Position numbers and translations under genes: made by a program. A DNA stretch of 64,000 nt from Candidatus Omnitrophota bacterium (lineage in GTDB: Bacteria; Omnitrophota; Omnitrophia; Omnitrophales; Aquincolibacteriaceae), in contig JBDRCT010000034.1 of NCBI GenBank assembly GCA_043821445.1, forward strand, positions 2,210 through 66,209, read 5' to 3'. Position 1 is the stretch's first letter. Each line of letters opens with the position of its first letter. Below are positions 8,774 to 18,291 of the stretch, in pieces. The notes beneath the pieces are model-generated. The model saw only the letters and a list, made by a program, of their open reading frames with translations. It was not told the DNA's origin and searched no databases.

Positions 8774-9943
8774 CTAGCGAGGAAGATAATTTTCGAACTG
8801 GTCGCCTTCCAAAGCAAGCTGAGCGCGGATCTTCTTAAGCACCGTGTTCTCGATCTGCCGGATACGCTCCCGCGTGACATTGAAATGGTGAGCAACCTCC
8901 GCCAACGTATGCGGGTCATGATGGACCAGCCCGAACCGGCGCTCCAGGACCTCGCGCTCCCGGTCATCCAGGACCCCCAGCAGCTTGCGGATCCGGTCGC
9001 TTTTAAGCATTTCCCCGACCTGCGAGTCCGGATTGCGCTCTTTGTCGTCTTCGAGCAGATCGATCAGTTCGGCCTTGCCGTCGAGGCTAAGCGGCGCATT
9101 GAGCGAACTCGGACGGTTTACGATACTCTCGATCTTTTTGACTTTCGAGGTGGGGATCTCAAGGACTTTTGCGATCTCGCGTCTCGTCGGCGCCCGGCTG
9201 AGACGCTGCGTTAAAGCATCCCGGATCCGTCTCCACTTGGAAATGATGTCATACATATAAACCGGGATACGGATCGTCTTCCCATGATTGGAAAGAGAGC
9301 GCATCATGCCCTGCTTGATCCACCAAGAGGCATACGTGGAAAAACGGTAGCCCCTTTTCGGATCGAATTTTTCCACCGCGCGCATGAGACCGATGTTGCC
9401 TTCTTCCACAAGATCCGAGAAAGCAAGCCCCATGTGGGCATAGCGTTTCGCAAGCGCGATCACCAAACGAAGATTCGAGCGGATCATCCGCTGCCGTGCC
9501 TCTTCGCTCCGCGCGCCGCCCGCCTGGACTTTTTGTCCTAAGGAAATCTCTTCTTCAGGGGTCAGGAGCGGGATATGCTCGATCTGGTCGAGATAAATCC
9601 TCATCGCCGTGCGGTCAAGGGTTTGATCCGTTGCGTCATCCGCATGGACATCGAGCTCTTCGTCTTCACGTTCACGTTTTCGGCGATCGAGGGTCCCATC
9701 AACTTTGAGGATATCCTCCGCCTCTTTCTGAAGCTCTCTTTCACGGCGCAGAAGCGCCTCTGTCTCTTCGAGGGAAGTGGGAAGAGCTTTCGGAGAATTT
9801 TTCTTGGACCTTGAGGGCTTACGGACGTGAGAAACCGGACGGGAACGCTCGAGGCGCCTCCGCCCGGTTTTTTTCTTGAAATGTTCCGGCTTCGTCCTGC
9901 GACCTGGACGAGCTTTCTTTTTTTTATTTTTTTTACCTGCCAT
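8774..9943 (-). CDS. rpoD: RNA polymerase sigma-70 family factor (RpoD-like)
   Basis: Regions 2-4 present (IRSNLRLVIALAKRYAHMGLAFSDLVEEGNIGLMRAVEKFD; region 4 TLAEVAHHFNVTRERIRQIE). Start at MAGKKNKKKK (ATG 9943). The longer ORF start at 10147 would overlap the ppdK 3' end. Confidence 0.8.
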   Translation of the reverse strand: MAGKKNKKKKARPGRRTKPEHFKKKTGRRRLERSRPVSHVRKPSRSKKNSPKALPTSLEETEALLRRERELQKEAEDILKVDGTLDRRKREREDEELDVHADDATDQTLDRTAMRIYLDQIEHIPLLTPEEEISLGQKVQAGGARSEEARQRMIRSNLRLVIALAKRYAHMGLAFSDLVEEGNIGLMRAVEKFDPKRGYRFSTYASWWIKQGMMRSLSNHGKTIRIPVYMYDIISKWRRIRDALTQRLSRAPTRREIAKVLEIPTSKVKKIESIVNRPSSLNAPLSLDGKAELIDLLEDDKERNPDSQVGEMLKSDRIRKLLGVLDDREREVLERRFGLVHHDPHTLAEVAHHFNVTRERIRQIENTVLKKIRAQLALEGDQFENYLPR

Positions 9944-10008
9944 AAGATCAAGGTTCCTGCGCTCCGCCGACGGCGAAGTACAGGAAAAGCTCCTAAGGGA
10001 ACGCTGGC

Positions 10009-12693
10009 CTATTTCTTCTGACGCAATACCGCTTGAGCTGCCGCGAGCCTCGCGATCGGAACGCGATAGGGCGAGCAACTGACATAATTCATCCCCACCC
10101 TGTTGCAGAGAGCGATCGAACTTGGATCGCCGCCATGTTCGCCGCAAATGCCGATCTTCAAACCCTTCTTCGTTTTACGGCCTTTTTCCACGGCAAGTTG
10201 AATCAAATATCCGACACCTTCTTCGTCAATCGACTGGAACACGTCTTTCTCGTAAATGCCCTGATCAAGATAGGCCCCCATAAAGGAACTGGAATCGTCG
10301 CGAGAAAAACCGAGTGTCATCTGCGTAAGGTCGTTCGTGCCGAATGAGAAAAATTCGGCGACCTCCGCAATGCGGTCCGCCGTGAGTGCCGCTCGAGGCA
10401 CTTCGATCATGGTCCCGATCATATATTCGACTTTGGTCCCCTTTTCCGTGAAAACCTTGTTGATGGTCTCGATGGAAAGGTCCCTCAGGATCTCGAGTTC
10501 CCTCTTGGTCCCGACGAGCGGGATCATGATCTCGGGAACGATCTTCATGCCTTTTTTCTTCAAGTTGCAAGCCGCCTCAATGATGGCACGGACCTGCATA
10601 GCATAGATCTCGGGGTACGTGATCCCGAGACGACAGCCTCGATGGCCGAGCATCGGGTTGAATTCATGAAGCGCTTCGACCTTCTTCTTAACGATCTCGA
10701 CGGATACCTTCATGACGTCCGCCATTTCCTGCTGGTTGGCGGCTTCCTGAGGAAGGAATTCGTGAAGCGGTGGGTCCAAAAGACGGATCGTCACGGGAAA
10801 ACCTTTCATCGCCTCGAAGATCCTTTCAAAGTCCCCGCGCTGCATCGGCAGAAGTTTCGCCAGAGCCTTCTCACGGCCGACTTTATCGTCCGCGAGGATC
10901 ATCTCACGGACCGCGATGATGCGATCGCCTTCAAAGAACATGTGCTCCGTACGGCAAAGTCCGATCCCTTCGGCGCCAAAACGGCGGGCCACTTCCGCAT
11001 CGTGGGGGGTATCCCCATTGGTGCGAACTTTGAGCTTACGGGTCTCATCGGCCCACTTCATCAGGGTCGCAAAATCACCGGAAAGTCTGGATTCGATGGT
11101 ACTGAGTTTGCCGAGATAGACTTGACCGAGACTGCCGTCGAGAGAAATAAACTCTCCTTCTTGCACGACCACTTTTCCGGCCGTGAACTGACGGGCCTTA
11201 TAATCGATCTGGATGTCCGTGACACCGGCCACACAGCATTTCCCCATTCCGCGAGCCACGACAGCCGCGTGCGAGGTCATGCCACCGCGCGCCGTTAGGA
11301 TACCTTTCGCGACATGCATGCCGCCAATATCCTCCGGCGAGGTCTCGATACGAACCAGGATCACCACCTCGCCCTTTTTTGCCCAAGCTTCGGCGTCCTC
11401 GGCCGTAAACACCACTTTACCGGTCGCGGCGCCCGGAGACGCGGGCAGTCCCTTAGCGATGACCTCTTTTTTCTGTTTCGGATCAAACGTCGGATGAAGC
11501 AACTGATCCAGCTGTTTGGGATCTATTCTCAAAAGAGCCTGACCCCGGGTCAGCGCTTTTTCTTTGACAAGTTCAACCGCAACACGAACGGCCGCCGCGG
11601 CAGTCCGTTTGCCGTTCCGGGTCTGAAGGATATAGAGCTTCCCTTCCTGAATCGTGAATTCAATGTCCTGCATGTCTTTGTAATGTTTTTCAAGACGCAG
11701 ACGGAGAGAATTAAGCTGTTTGTAAACTGCCGGCCATTTCTGGGCAAGCACTTCGATCGGCTCCGGCGTGCGGATACCGGCCACGACATCTTCTCCTTGG
11801 GCATTGATCAAATATTCGCCGTAGAATTTGTTCTCACCGGTCGAAGGGTTGCGCGTGAAGCAAACACCGGTTCCGGAAGTCTCTCCCATATTGCCGAACA
11901 CCATGGCCTGAATGTTCACGGCTGTGCCAAGAAGACCGCGGATCTCATTGATCTGGCGGTACTTGATCGCGCGGGGATTGTTCCATGAATTGAAGACCGC
12001 GTTTGTGGCTTTGACAAGCTGCTCGAACGGATCTTGAGGGAATTCTTCTTTCGTATGGTCTAAGTAGATCTTCTTGTACTGGCGGACCACATCCTTCAAA
12101 TCATTGGCATTGAGCTCAGTGTCGGATTTTGCACCGACCTGCTGCTTTTTCTTTTCAAGCACATGCTCAAAATCATCATGCGGTACCTCCATCACAACGT
12201 CCCCGAACATTTGGATGAAACGGCGATAGGAATCCCACGCAAAACGCTCATTCTCAGTCTTCACAATCAACCCCTGCACCACCTCCGAGTTAAGCCCGAG
12301 ATTGAGCACGGTGTCCATCATGCCAGGCATGGAAGCCGCGGCGCCCGAGCGAATGGAAACGAGGAGGGGATTATTCCGGTTACCGAGCTTGAGGCCCATG
12401 GCTTTTTCGAGTTTGGCGACATTCTCGCGGACTTGCTCCTCAAGACCCGCAGGCCATTTCTTGCCGTTTTTATTATAAAGATCGCATGTTTCGGTCGTGA
12501 TCGTAAAACCGGCCGGAACGGGAATGCCGATATTCGTCATTTCGGCGAGGTTCGCGCCTTTGCCGCCCAGAAGATCTTTCATCTTGGCGTCCCCTTCAGC
12601 CTTGCCATTGCCAAAAAAATAAACGTATTTCGAGCACTTGGATTTGGATTTAGACTTGGATTTCGAGGATCTCCTGCATGTTGCGGTACTCAT
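10009..12693 (-). CDS. ppdK: Pyruvate, phosphate dikinase
   Basis: 894 aa; ATP-grasp N-terminus KYVYFFGNGKAEG; phospho-histidine region GGMTSHAAVVARGMG; PEP-utilising C-terminal domain. It has an unusual N-terminal (SK)5 extension. Confidence 0.95.
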   Translation of the reverse strand: MSTATCRRSSKSKSKSKSKCSKYVYFFGNGKAEGDAKMKDLLGGKGANLAEMTNIGIPVPAGFTITTETCDLYNKNGKKWPAGLEEQVRENVAKLEKAMGLKLGNRNNPLLVSIRSGAAASMPGMMDTVLNLGLNSEVVQGLIVKTENERFAWDSYRRFIQMFGDVVMEVPHDDFEHVLEKKKQQVGAKSDTELNANDLKDVVRQYKKIYLDHTKEEFPQDPFEQLVKATNAVFNSWNNPRAIKYRQINEIRGLLGTAVNIQAMVFGNMGETSGTGVCFTRNPSTGENKFYGEYLINAQGEDVVAGIRTPEPIEVLAQKWPAVYKQLNSLRLRLEKHYKDMQDIEFTIQEGKLYILQTRNGKRTAAAAVRVAVELVKEKALTRGQALLRIDPKQLDQLLHPTFDPKQKKEVIAKGLPASPGAATGKVVFTAEDAEAWAKKGEVVILVRIETSPEDIGGMHVAKGILTARGGMTSHAAVVARGMGKCCVAGVTDIQIDYKARQFTAGKVVVQEGEFISLDGSLGQVYLGKLSTIESRLSGDFATLMKWADETRKLKVRTNGDTPHDAEVARRFGAEGIGLCRTEHMFFEGDRIIAVREMILADDKVGREKALAKLLPMQRGDFERIFEAMKGFPVTIRLLDPPLHEFLPQEAANQQEMADVMKVSVEIVKKKVEALHEFNPMLGHRGCRLGITYPEIYAMQVRAIIEAACNLKKKGMKIVPEIMIPLVGTKRELEILRDLSIETINKVFTEKGTKVEYMIGTMIEVPRAALTADRIAEVAEFFSFGTNDLTQMTLGFSRDDSSSFMGAYLDQGIYEKDVFQSIDEEGVGYLIQLAVEKGRKTKKGLKIGICGEHGGDPSSIALCNRVGMNYVSCSPYRVPIARLAAAQAVLRQKK

Positions 12694-12784
12694 AATTGCT
12701 CCTTTTTAATTCTTGTTGATTTTTGATGGATTACGATTAAAAAATAACCCTCCGAAGGACCTTCAGGGGTCTTAAAAGAGGTTT

Positions 12785-12831
12785 GGTCCCGATACATATC
12801 AATTTCAACGAAGTTGAAATTGGGGCCCTCC
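12785..12831. repeat. REP-like 47-bp palindromic element, family 2 copy 1
   Basis: ggtcccgatacatatcaatttcaacgaagttgaaattggggccctcc. A perfect 10-bp inverted repeat CAATTTCAAC/GTTGAAATTG with conserved flanks. It lies 92 nt upstream of the ppdK start. Confidence 0.65.
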
Positions 12832-12886
12832 ATGTCAATATCCTGGAAATGAAGCTTCAGACAAGGACGGAAGAGCGCGGATTATA

Positions 12887-14992
12887 TCACTCTTCGTCGA
12901 TTCTGGAAAGTGCCGAAAGATCGGCGATCTTTGCCGTATAAAGACGATTGATCTTTGCGACAAGCGCCATCCGATTCTCACGCAAAACCGCGTCCTCCGC
13001 ATTCACCAGAACATGGTCAAAGAAATCGTCCAGAGGCCCTGCAAAAAGATCCGCAAAAAGCCGCGTCGCTTTTTCATATGCCTCCGTTTCGAGAAACCCG
13101 ATAACGTCTTTTGCTCTCGTGTAAAATAATTCAAAAAGCCTCTTCTCCCCGGCCTCGATCAAAAGTCCCTCTTTCGGTTCCCCGGGCATTTTGCCATAAC
13201 CTTTCAATATGTTCGCCGTTCGCTGGACCACCTTGGCCGCCTTGATCAGGATTTTCTGATCCATTCCGGTCAGGACATCAAACCTTTTAAACGCGCCCGA
13301 GATATCCTCAAAGGAAGATCGCATGACCGCCTGAAGAACCTCAAAAGGCCGCGTGCCGGGTTTGACGCTCAATTCAAACGACACACGCTCCTGAAGAAAT
13401 TTTAAAAATCTCGGCTTCAAGTCTTCTTTCTCGGTCAATTTGTTGCCGTACCATTTCATATTCGTCTCGAGAACCTGCTCCAGCGAAAAGGAGATCCCAA
13501 ATGCCCGAACAAGCTTTACCACAATGCCACCGGCCCGGCGCAACGCAAAGGGATCCTGACTTCCCGTGGGTTCAATCCCTGAGCCCAGGGCCCCGATCAA
13601 AAGGTCGAGGCGATCCATGACCCCGAAGAGTGCTCCGAGGAGGCTCATGGATTTTTTGACCTTCACGTGATCTTCCGTCAGGTTCTTGGGCAGGTATTGA
13701 GTACCGATCGCTAAGGCCACTTCGTTTTTTTCTCCGGCCTCAAGGGCATATTCCCGGCCCACGATCCCTTGAAGATCCGGCATTTCATAAACCAAATGGG
13801 TCGCAAGATCGATCTTGGAAAGCGCGGCAACGCGCGCGAGGTCCCGCGCAAGCTCTTTTTGCCCTACCGCTACGGCGAACTCCGCGGCCATCTTTTCAAG
13901 TCTCTTGGTCTTGTCGAGGACCGAGCCAAGCTTGCCAAGGTAAACGAGTTCGGCGAGTTTCGGCTTTTTCTTTTCGAAGGTTTCGCGCGTGTCCATTTCA
14001 TAAAAATAACGGGCGTCCTTGAGCCGCGAGTCCAGAACATTTTCATAATCCGAACGGATCTTGGAAAGGCCCTTGTGCTTGCCGTTCATCACGGCTACAA
14101 ACCGGTTCTTCATCTTTCCTTTGGCGTCACAACAGGCAAAAACTTTCTGGTTCTTTTTCATGCAACTTGCGAGCACTTCCGCGGGAAGCTCGAGATATTC
14201 CTGCGAGAAGGTCCCCTCCAAAAAGAACGGCTCTTCCACAAGCTGGGCGTTCACGTGCGCCAATTCTTTGTCACTTTGTTTTTGTCCGAAGCGGTTTTTG
14301 AGGGCCCCGCGAATCAAGGCCTCACGCGTTCCGATCGGCAGATAAACATGTTTCTTTTTCAAAAGCGCGACATAAGCTTTCCAATCGGCTTTCGGGATCG
14401 TGAAACTTTGAGGCGAAAGAAAACGGTGGCCAAAGCTTTTATTGCCGGACTTTACATCCGCAAGCACAAGCGGCACCTTTTTGGTGTTCATCAGAACGAC
14501 CAGCCACCGGATGGGACGAGGGAAACGGAACCCCGACGCTTCCCAGCGCATGAGTTTAGGAAAGGAAAGTGAAGCAAGAAGCCCCTTGATCAGATCCGGA
14601 AGAAGGGTCGAAACGGCCCCGCCCTTTTCTTTTTTCCTCAGGAGGATGAACTTCCCCTTGGGGGTGTCCCGGATCTTGATATCTTTTTCGGTAGCCTGTT
14701 TGCTTTTGAGGAAACCCTGCAACACCATCGTGGATTTCCCCTGAGCATCATAGCATTTCTCATGGGAAGGACCCGATATCTCGAGCTCCCGGTCAGGCTG
14801 CACCGCGGCAATACCTTGGACAAAAAGCGCGATGCGGCGCGGCGTTGCTTCGACTTTCACATCCTCGAAAGCGATGCGTTCATCCACAAGCTTTTGATGC
14901 GTTCTCACGACCAACTCGTCATAAATAACATCCAAACTTCCGACGGGCAGCTCTTCAACACCGATCTCGATCAATAAATTAGGCACGGTCAT
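12887..14992 (-). CDS. glyS: Glycine--tRNA ligase beta subunit
   Basis: 701 aa; GlyS N-terminus ([11 protein letters not shown]) and length; immediately downstream of glyQ with a 4-nt overlap. Confidence 0.9.
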   Translation of the reverse strand: MTVPNLLIEIGVEELPVGSLDVIYDELVVRTHQKLVDERIAFEDVKVEATPRRIALFVQGIAAVQPDRELEISGPSHEKCYDAQGKSTMVLQGFLKSKQATEKDIKIRDTPKGKFILLRKKEKGGAVSTLLPDLIKGLLASLSFPKLMRWEASGFRFPRPIRWLVVLMNTKKVPLVLADVKSGNKSFGHRFLSPQSFTIPKADWKAYVALLKKKHVYLPIGTREALIRGALKNRFGQKQSDKELAHVNAQLVEEPFFLEGTFSQEYLELPAEVLASCMKKNQKVFACCDAKGKMKNRFVAVMNGKHKGLSKIRSDYENVLDSRLKDARYFYEMDTRETFEKKKPKLAELVYLGKLGSVLDKTKRLEKMAAEFAVAVGQKELARDLARVAALSKIDLATHLVYEMPDLQGIVGREYALEAGEKNEVALAIGTQYLPKNLTEDHVKVKKSMSLLGALFGVMDRLDLLIGALGSGIEPTGSQDPFALRRAGGIVVKLVRAFGISFSLEQVLETNMKWYGNKLTEKEDLKPRFLKFLQERVSFELSVKPGTRPFEVLQAVMRSSFEDISGAFKRFDVLTGMDQKILIKAAKVVQRTANILKGYGKMPGEPKEGLLIEAGEKRLFELFYTRAKDVIGFLETEAYEKATRLFADLFAGPLDDFFDHVLVNAEDAVLRENRMALVAKINRLYTAKIADLSALSRIDEE

Positions 14993-15876
14993 TTCTTCTT
15001 TCCGATAAGTGGAAAATCCTGCGCCTTGCGGCTTTCAAGATACCCTTCCGCGCAACGGCGGGCCAAAGCCCGGACGCGAGCGACGTAGCGGGGCCGTTCG
15101 TTCACGCTTACGGCACCACGCGCGTCCAGAAGATTGAAAATATGCGAGGTCTTGAGGCAGCAATCATAAGCCGGCAGGACCATCCCGCCTTCGAGCAAGC
15201 GTTCGGCCTGTTTTTCATAATCTTCGAAATGGCGGCGATAGATCTCGGGATCTGATCCCTCGAAATTGAATTTTGAGAATTCCCGCTCCCCTTGCAAATG
15301 GACGTCGCCATAGGTGACCTTGTCATTCCACCGGATGTCAAAAAGAGACTCTTTCTGCTGGAGGAACATGGCGATGCGCTCAAGGCCATAGGTGATCTCG
15401 CAAGAGATCACATCGAGATCGATCGAACCACATTGTTGAAAATAAGTAAATTGTGTGATCTCGAGACTGTCGAGCCATACCTCCCAGCCAAGGCCCCACG
15501 CGCCAAGTGTCGGAGATTCCCAATCGTCCTCTACAAAACGGATGTCGTGGGAAAGCGGGTCAATGCCGACCGCTCGAAGGCTATTCAGATAAAGCTCTTG
15601 GGGATCTCCCGGGGACGGCTTCAAAATAACCTGGTATTGATAATAATGCTGGGTCCTGTGCGGATTCTCGCCGTAGCGACCATCCGTGGGCCTACGGGAG
15701 GGCTCGACATAGGCGGCTTTCCAGGGCTCGGGACCCAGGGCCCGGAGAAATGTATGGGGGGAAAAAGTGCCGGCGCCAACTTCGATATCATAAGGCTGCA
15801 TCACGAGACAGCCCTGCCTCGCCCAATAGTCATTCAGTTTTTGTATTAACTCCTGGAACGTCAAAGGTTTAGGCAT
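14989..15876 (-). CDS. glyQ: Glycine--tRNA ligase alpha subunit
   Basis: 295 aa; highly conserved GlyQ core ([38 protein letters not shown]). Confidence 0.95.
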   Translation of the reverse strand: MPKPLTFQELIQKLNDYWARQGCLVMQPYDIEVGAGTFSPHTFLRALGPEPWKAAYVEPSRRPTDGRYGENPHRTQHYYQYQVILKPSPGDPQELYLNSLRAVGIDPLSHDIRFVEDDWESPTLGAWGLGWEVWLDSLEITQFTYFQQCGSIDLDVISCEITYGLERIAMFLQQKESLFDIRWNDKVTYGDVHLQGEREFSKFNFEGSDPEIYRRHFEDYEKQAERLLEGGMVLPAYDCCLKTSHIFNLLDARGAVSVNERPRYVARVRALARRCAEGYLESRKAQDFPLIGKKK

Positions 15877-15977
15877 CGCCTTCCCTGAAAGGTCTTTAGC
15901 GGGTTAAAAACACTTCTTCAAAGAGGCGGCATTGTAACAAAAACCCACTGACGAATCAAGTTACGGAAGGAAAAACG

Positions 15978-16304
15978 TCAGGGACGGTGATGCCGGGCTT
16001 GTAGCTCCTCCAAGACCTTCAGAACTTCCTGCCGTTCGCGCCGGAGAGGATCGGCCTGAAGGGCGACAAGTGTCAAAAGCTCGCGGAGCAATTCCTGGGC
16101 CGAGATCAAGCGATCCGTTTCCATCTCCGCTTGCTCAATCGTTGCATAAAGAATGGATTTCACGGCGTGGATCTTTTCGTAGTCATGCGACACGTCATTC
16201 TCACGAAGCAGCTGCTGGGTCCTGTTCATCGCTTTCGCAAGGCATCGCCGATAACCGCTTTCCTTGTTTTCTGTTTGTTCATGTTCGACATTTCTCATTT
16301 TCAT
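15978..16304 (-). CDS. Hypothetical protein
   Basis: 108-aa ORF on the same strand as its neighbours; GGAG 5 nt upstream of the ATG; no recognisable motif. Confidence 0.35.
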   Translation of the reverse strand: MKMRNVEHEQTENKESGYRRCLAKAMNRTQQLLRENDVSHDYEKIHAVKSILYATIEQAEMETDRLISAQELLRELLTLVALQADPLRRERQEVLKVLEELQARHHRP

Positions 16305-16510
16305 GCTCCGGAACCACTGAAGGAACAGTCCTGGCTTTCGTTTTCTTTCGATCTACGACCGTCAGGACCGTCCCTTCGTTTACCCCGTAGCACCGTTAAA
16401 CATGTCCCACTCCTTATGGAAACTCTTCGAGAACATTCCCCAGGTTGATCCGTTCCCATACGCCTTATTTAACGGTTGCTTACGGGGCAAGCGGGTCTCA
16501 AGCTCCGGTA

Positions 16511-16852
16511 TTAGACCGTCACTTGATCTTTAATGCGTTGCAGCTTGTTGCCGCCGATCCCCTGGACCTGATTCAGATCATCGATCGATTTGAACATACC
16601 GTTCTTATCGCGATGTTCAATGATCCGCTTGGCCATCACGGGACCGATCCCACGGACTTTGACCAACTCCTCCGTGGTGGCCTTATTGACATTCACCATC
16701 ACCGTGGGCTGCGGCTGACCTTGAAGCTGCAAAGTCGCCTTGGGTTGGCCGGCTAGCACTTTCTCTGCGGCGATCATGGAAAGACCCCCGAAGAAAAACG
16801 TAGTGATAACCAGCACCCCCAATGCGCGTTTCACTTCTGCTCTGTACATCAT
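16511..16852 (-). CDS. comEA: ComEA-like helix-hairpin-helix DNA-binding protein
   Basis: 113 aa; N-terminal transmembrane anchor; NVNKATTEELVKVRGIGPVMAKRIIEHR...LNQVQGIGGNKL (tandem HhH motifs). Confidence 0.8.
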   Translation of the reverse strand: MMYRAEVKRALGVLVITTFFFGGLSMIAAEKVLAGQPKATLQLQGQPQPTVMVNVNKATTEELVKVRGIGPVMAKRIIEHRDKNGMFKSIDDLNQVQGIGGNKLQRIKDQVTV

Positions 16853-16965
16853 TGTGACACCTCCGTTTTTGACGTTAGCGGGAGGGTAACATAAATATGA
16901 TTATATGTCAATATCTTATTTAATAAAATGCATAAGTTATTTTATTCATTATTATTATATTCTCC

Positions 16966-16993
16966 TTGACGAACGAGGCCCTACCGCTAAAAT
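16966..16993 (+). promoter_or_regulatory. Candidate sigma-70 promoter (TTGACG, 16 nt, TAAAAT) abutting the regulator start
   Basis: TTGACG at 16966-16971 and TAAAAT at 16988-16993, inside a 130-bp region of about 25% GC between divergent comEA and the XRE gene. The -10 element ends 1 nt before the annotated ATG. Confidence 0.3.
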
Positions 16994-17554
16994 ATGCTCA
17001 TGTTGAAGAATTTAGGACAACGCATACGAACGCTTCGCAGGGAAAGAGGTCTCACCTTAGTCGAGATCTCCCAGAAGACCGGTATCGCCCAAGCCACTCT
17101 TTCCCGCATCGAAACCGGCACCATGATCGGAACGGTTGAGAGCCACGAAAAGATCGCCGAGACGCTCGGCATTGGATTGTCCGATCTTTATACGGGGGTC
17201 GACCGTCGCTACGAACAGATCAGCCATCAAGCCAAGGAAGCACGCACGGCCACGCACCATACCAAAGACGTTCATGTAGAAGTACTTACGCAAGAAAGCT
17301 CCAAAAAGAAGATCACCCCCCTCCTCCTGACCCTCCAGGGAGGCGGTAAGACAGAGAAGGAGCACAACGAACGCGGGGTAGAAAAATTCGCCTGGGTCCT
17401 TGACGGGCACGTCAAGATCAAGCTCGAGAATCAGGAATACGACCTCAGCGCGCAGGAAACCCTCTACTTCGACGCCTCTTTCCCCCATCAGATCGCCAAT
17501 GAAGGCCAGAAGACCGCCAAGGTCTTTATCGCCGTTTCACCCTCTAAGATCTAA
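16994..17554 (+). CDS. XRE-family HTH transcriptional regulator with C-terminal cupin domain
   Basis: 186 aa; HTH LTLVEISQKTGIAQATLSRIETG; C-terminal cupin-like beta region (WVLDGHVKIKLENQEYDLSAQETLYFDASFPHQIAN). Confidence 0.8.
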   Translation: MLMLKNLGQRIRTLRRERGLTLVEISQKTGIAQATLSRIETGTMIGTVESHEKIAETLGIGLSDLYTGVDRRYEQISHQAKEARTATHHTKDVHVEVLTQESSKKKITPLLLTLQGGGKTEKEHNERGVEKFAWVLDGHVKIKLENQEYDLSAQETLYFDASFPHQIANEGQKTAKVFIAVSPSKI

Positions 17555-17646
17555 TCACCTGCCCTCGTTATTGCAACTTCCACCGTCTTGCCTCGCAAAG
17601 CAAAACAACTTAGAAAAGTAATCTCAACAGCAGGACTTGCAATTCC

Positions 17647-17973
17647 CTAAAAAACGGCCGCTTCTTTTGAGATCCAATCCAGATAGGATCTGCTGCCTTG
17701 AGTAATAGGCAAACAAATGATCTCGGGAATTTCGTAGGGGTGATTTTTAAGGAGAGTCTTTTCGAGTTTTTTGTAATTCGATACCTGAGTCTTGATAAGG
17801 AGAAGAACTTCCTTGGAAGTTTCTTTCCTGCCACGCCAGCGGTAATGGGATTCAAGGCCGGGAAGGATCTGGACGCAGGCCGCAAGCCGTCTAGAAACTA
17901 AAAGGCCCGCGAGGGTGCGGGCCTTTTTAATGCTGGGAACGGTGTTGAGAACGCAACAATACTTCGCGCTCAC
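17647..17973 (-). CDS. cutA: Divalent-cation tolerance protein CutA
   Basis: 108 aa; CutA1 motifs (RLAACVQILPG, YRWRG, HPYEIPEII); GTG start. Confidence 0.8.
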   Translation of the reverse strand: MSAKYCCVLNTVPSIKKARTLAGLLVSRRLAACVQILPGLESHYRWRGRKETSKEVLLLIKTQVSNYKKLEKTLLKNHPYEIPEIICLPITQGSRSYLDWISKEAAVF

Positions 17974-17976
17974 AAA

Positions 17977-18180
17977 CTATTTTCGATTGAGCGTCGCCGA
18001 ATAACCGCTTTCGGGAGCCCCCAAAGTGATATGACCTTCGCGCGCAAGCCATCCGAGGCTCATCAACACAAGTTCGTGAGGGCGCTTTAAACTTTTGGTA
18101 AGTTCATCCGCAGTAGCATTTTTTTTATCGTCAAGGAAATGCCAAATCTCTCCGGCGACAATTCCAATTTCCATGATCAT
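17977..18180 (-). CDS. Small winged-helix (wHTH) protein, paralog of 39550-39768
   Basis: 67 aa; shares ...ELTK.LK...E..L..GWLAREG.I.. with the 72-aa ORF at 39550. Confidence 0.5.
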   Translation of the reverse strand: MIMEIGIVAGEIWHFLDDKKNATADELTKSLKRPHELVLMSLGWLAREGHITLGAPESGYSATLNRK

Positions 18181-18291
18181 GGGGGGACTCCTTTTGAGAC
18201 TGAATTTACATCAAATGGCGTGCACAATATAGCAAGAAACGATTCCATTTAAAAGAACTTTATTGTTTCCCCCTTGAGCAACCGATCACAC

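Noticed and set aside
8774-10147. Long 457-aa version of the sigma factor
   Set aside because: It would overlap the 3' end of ppdK by 139 nt and adds an Arg/Ser-rich segment atypical of sigma-70; the internal Met at 9943 was preferred.
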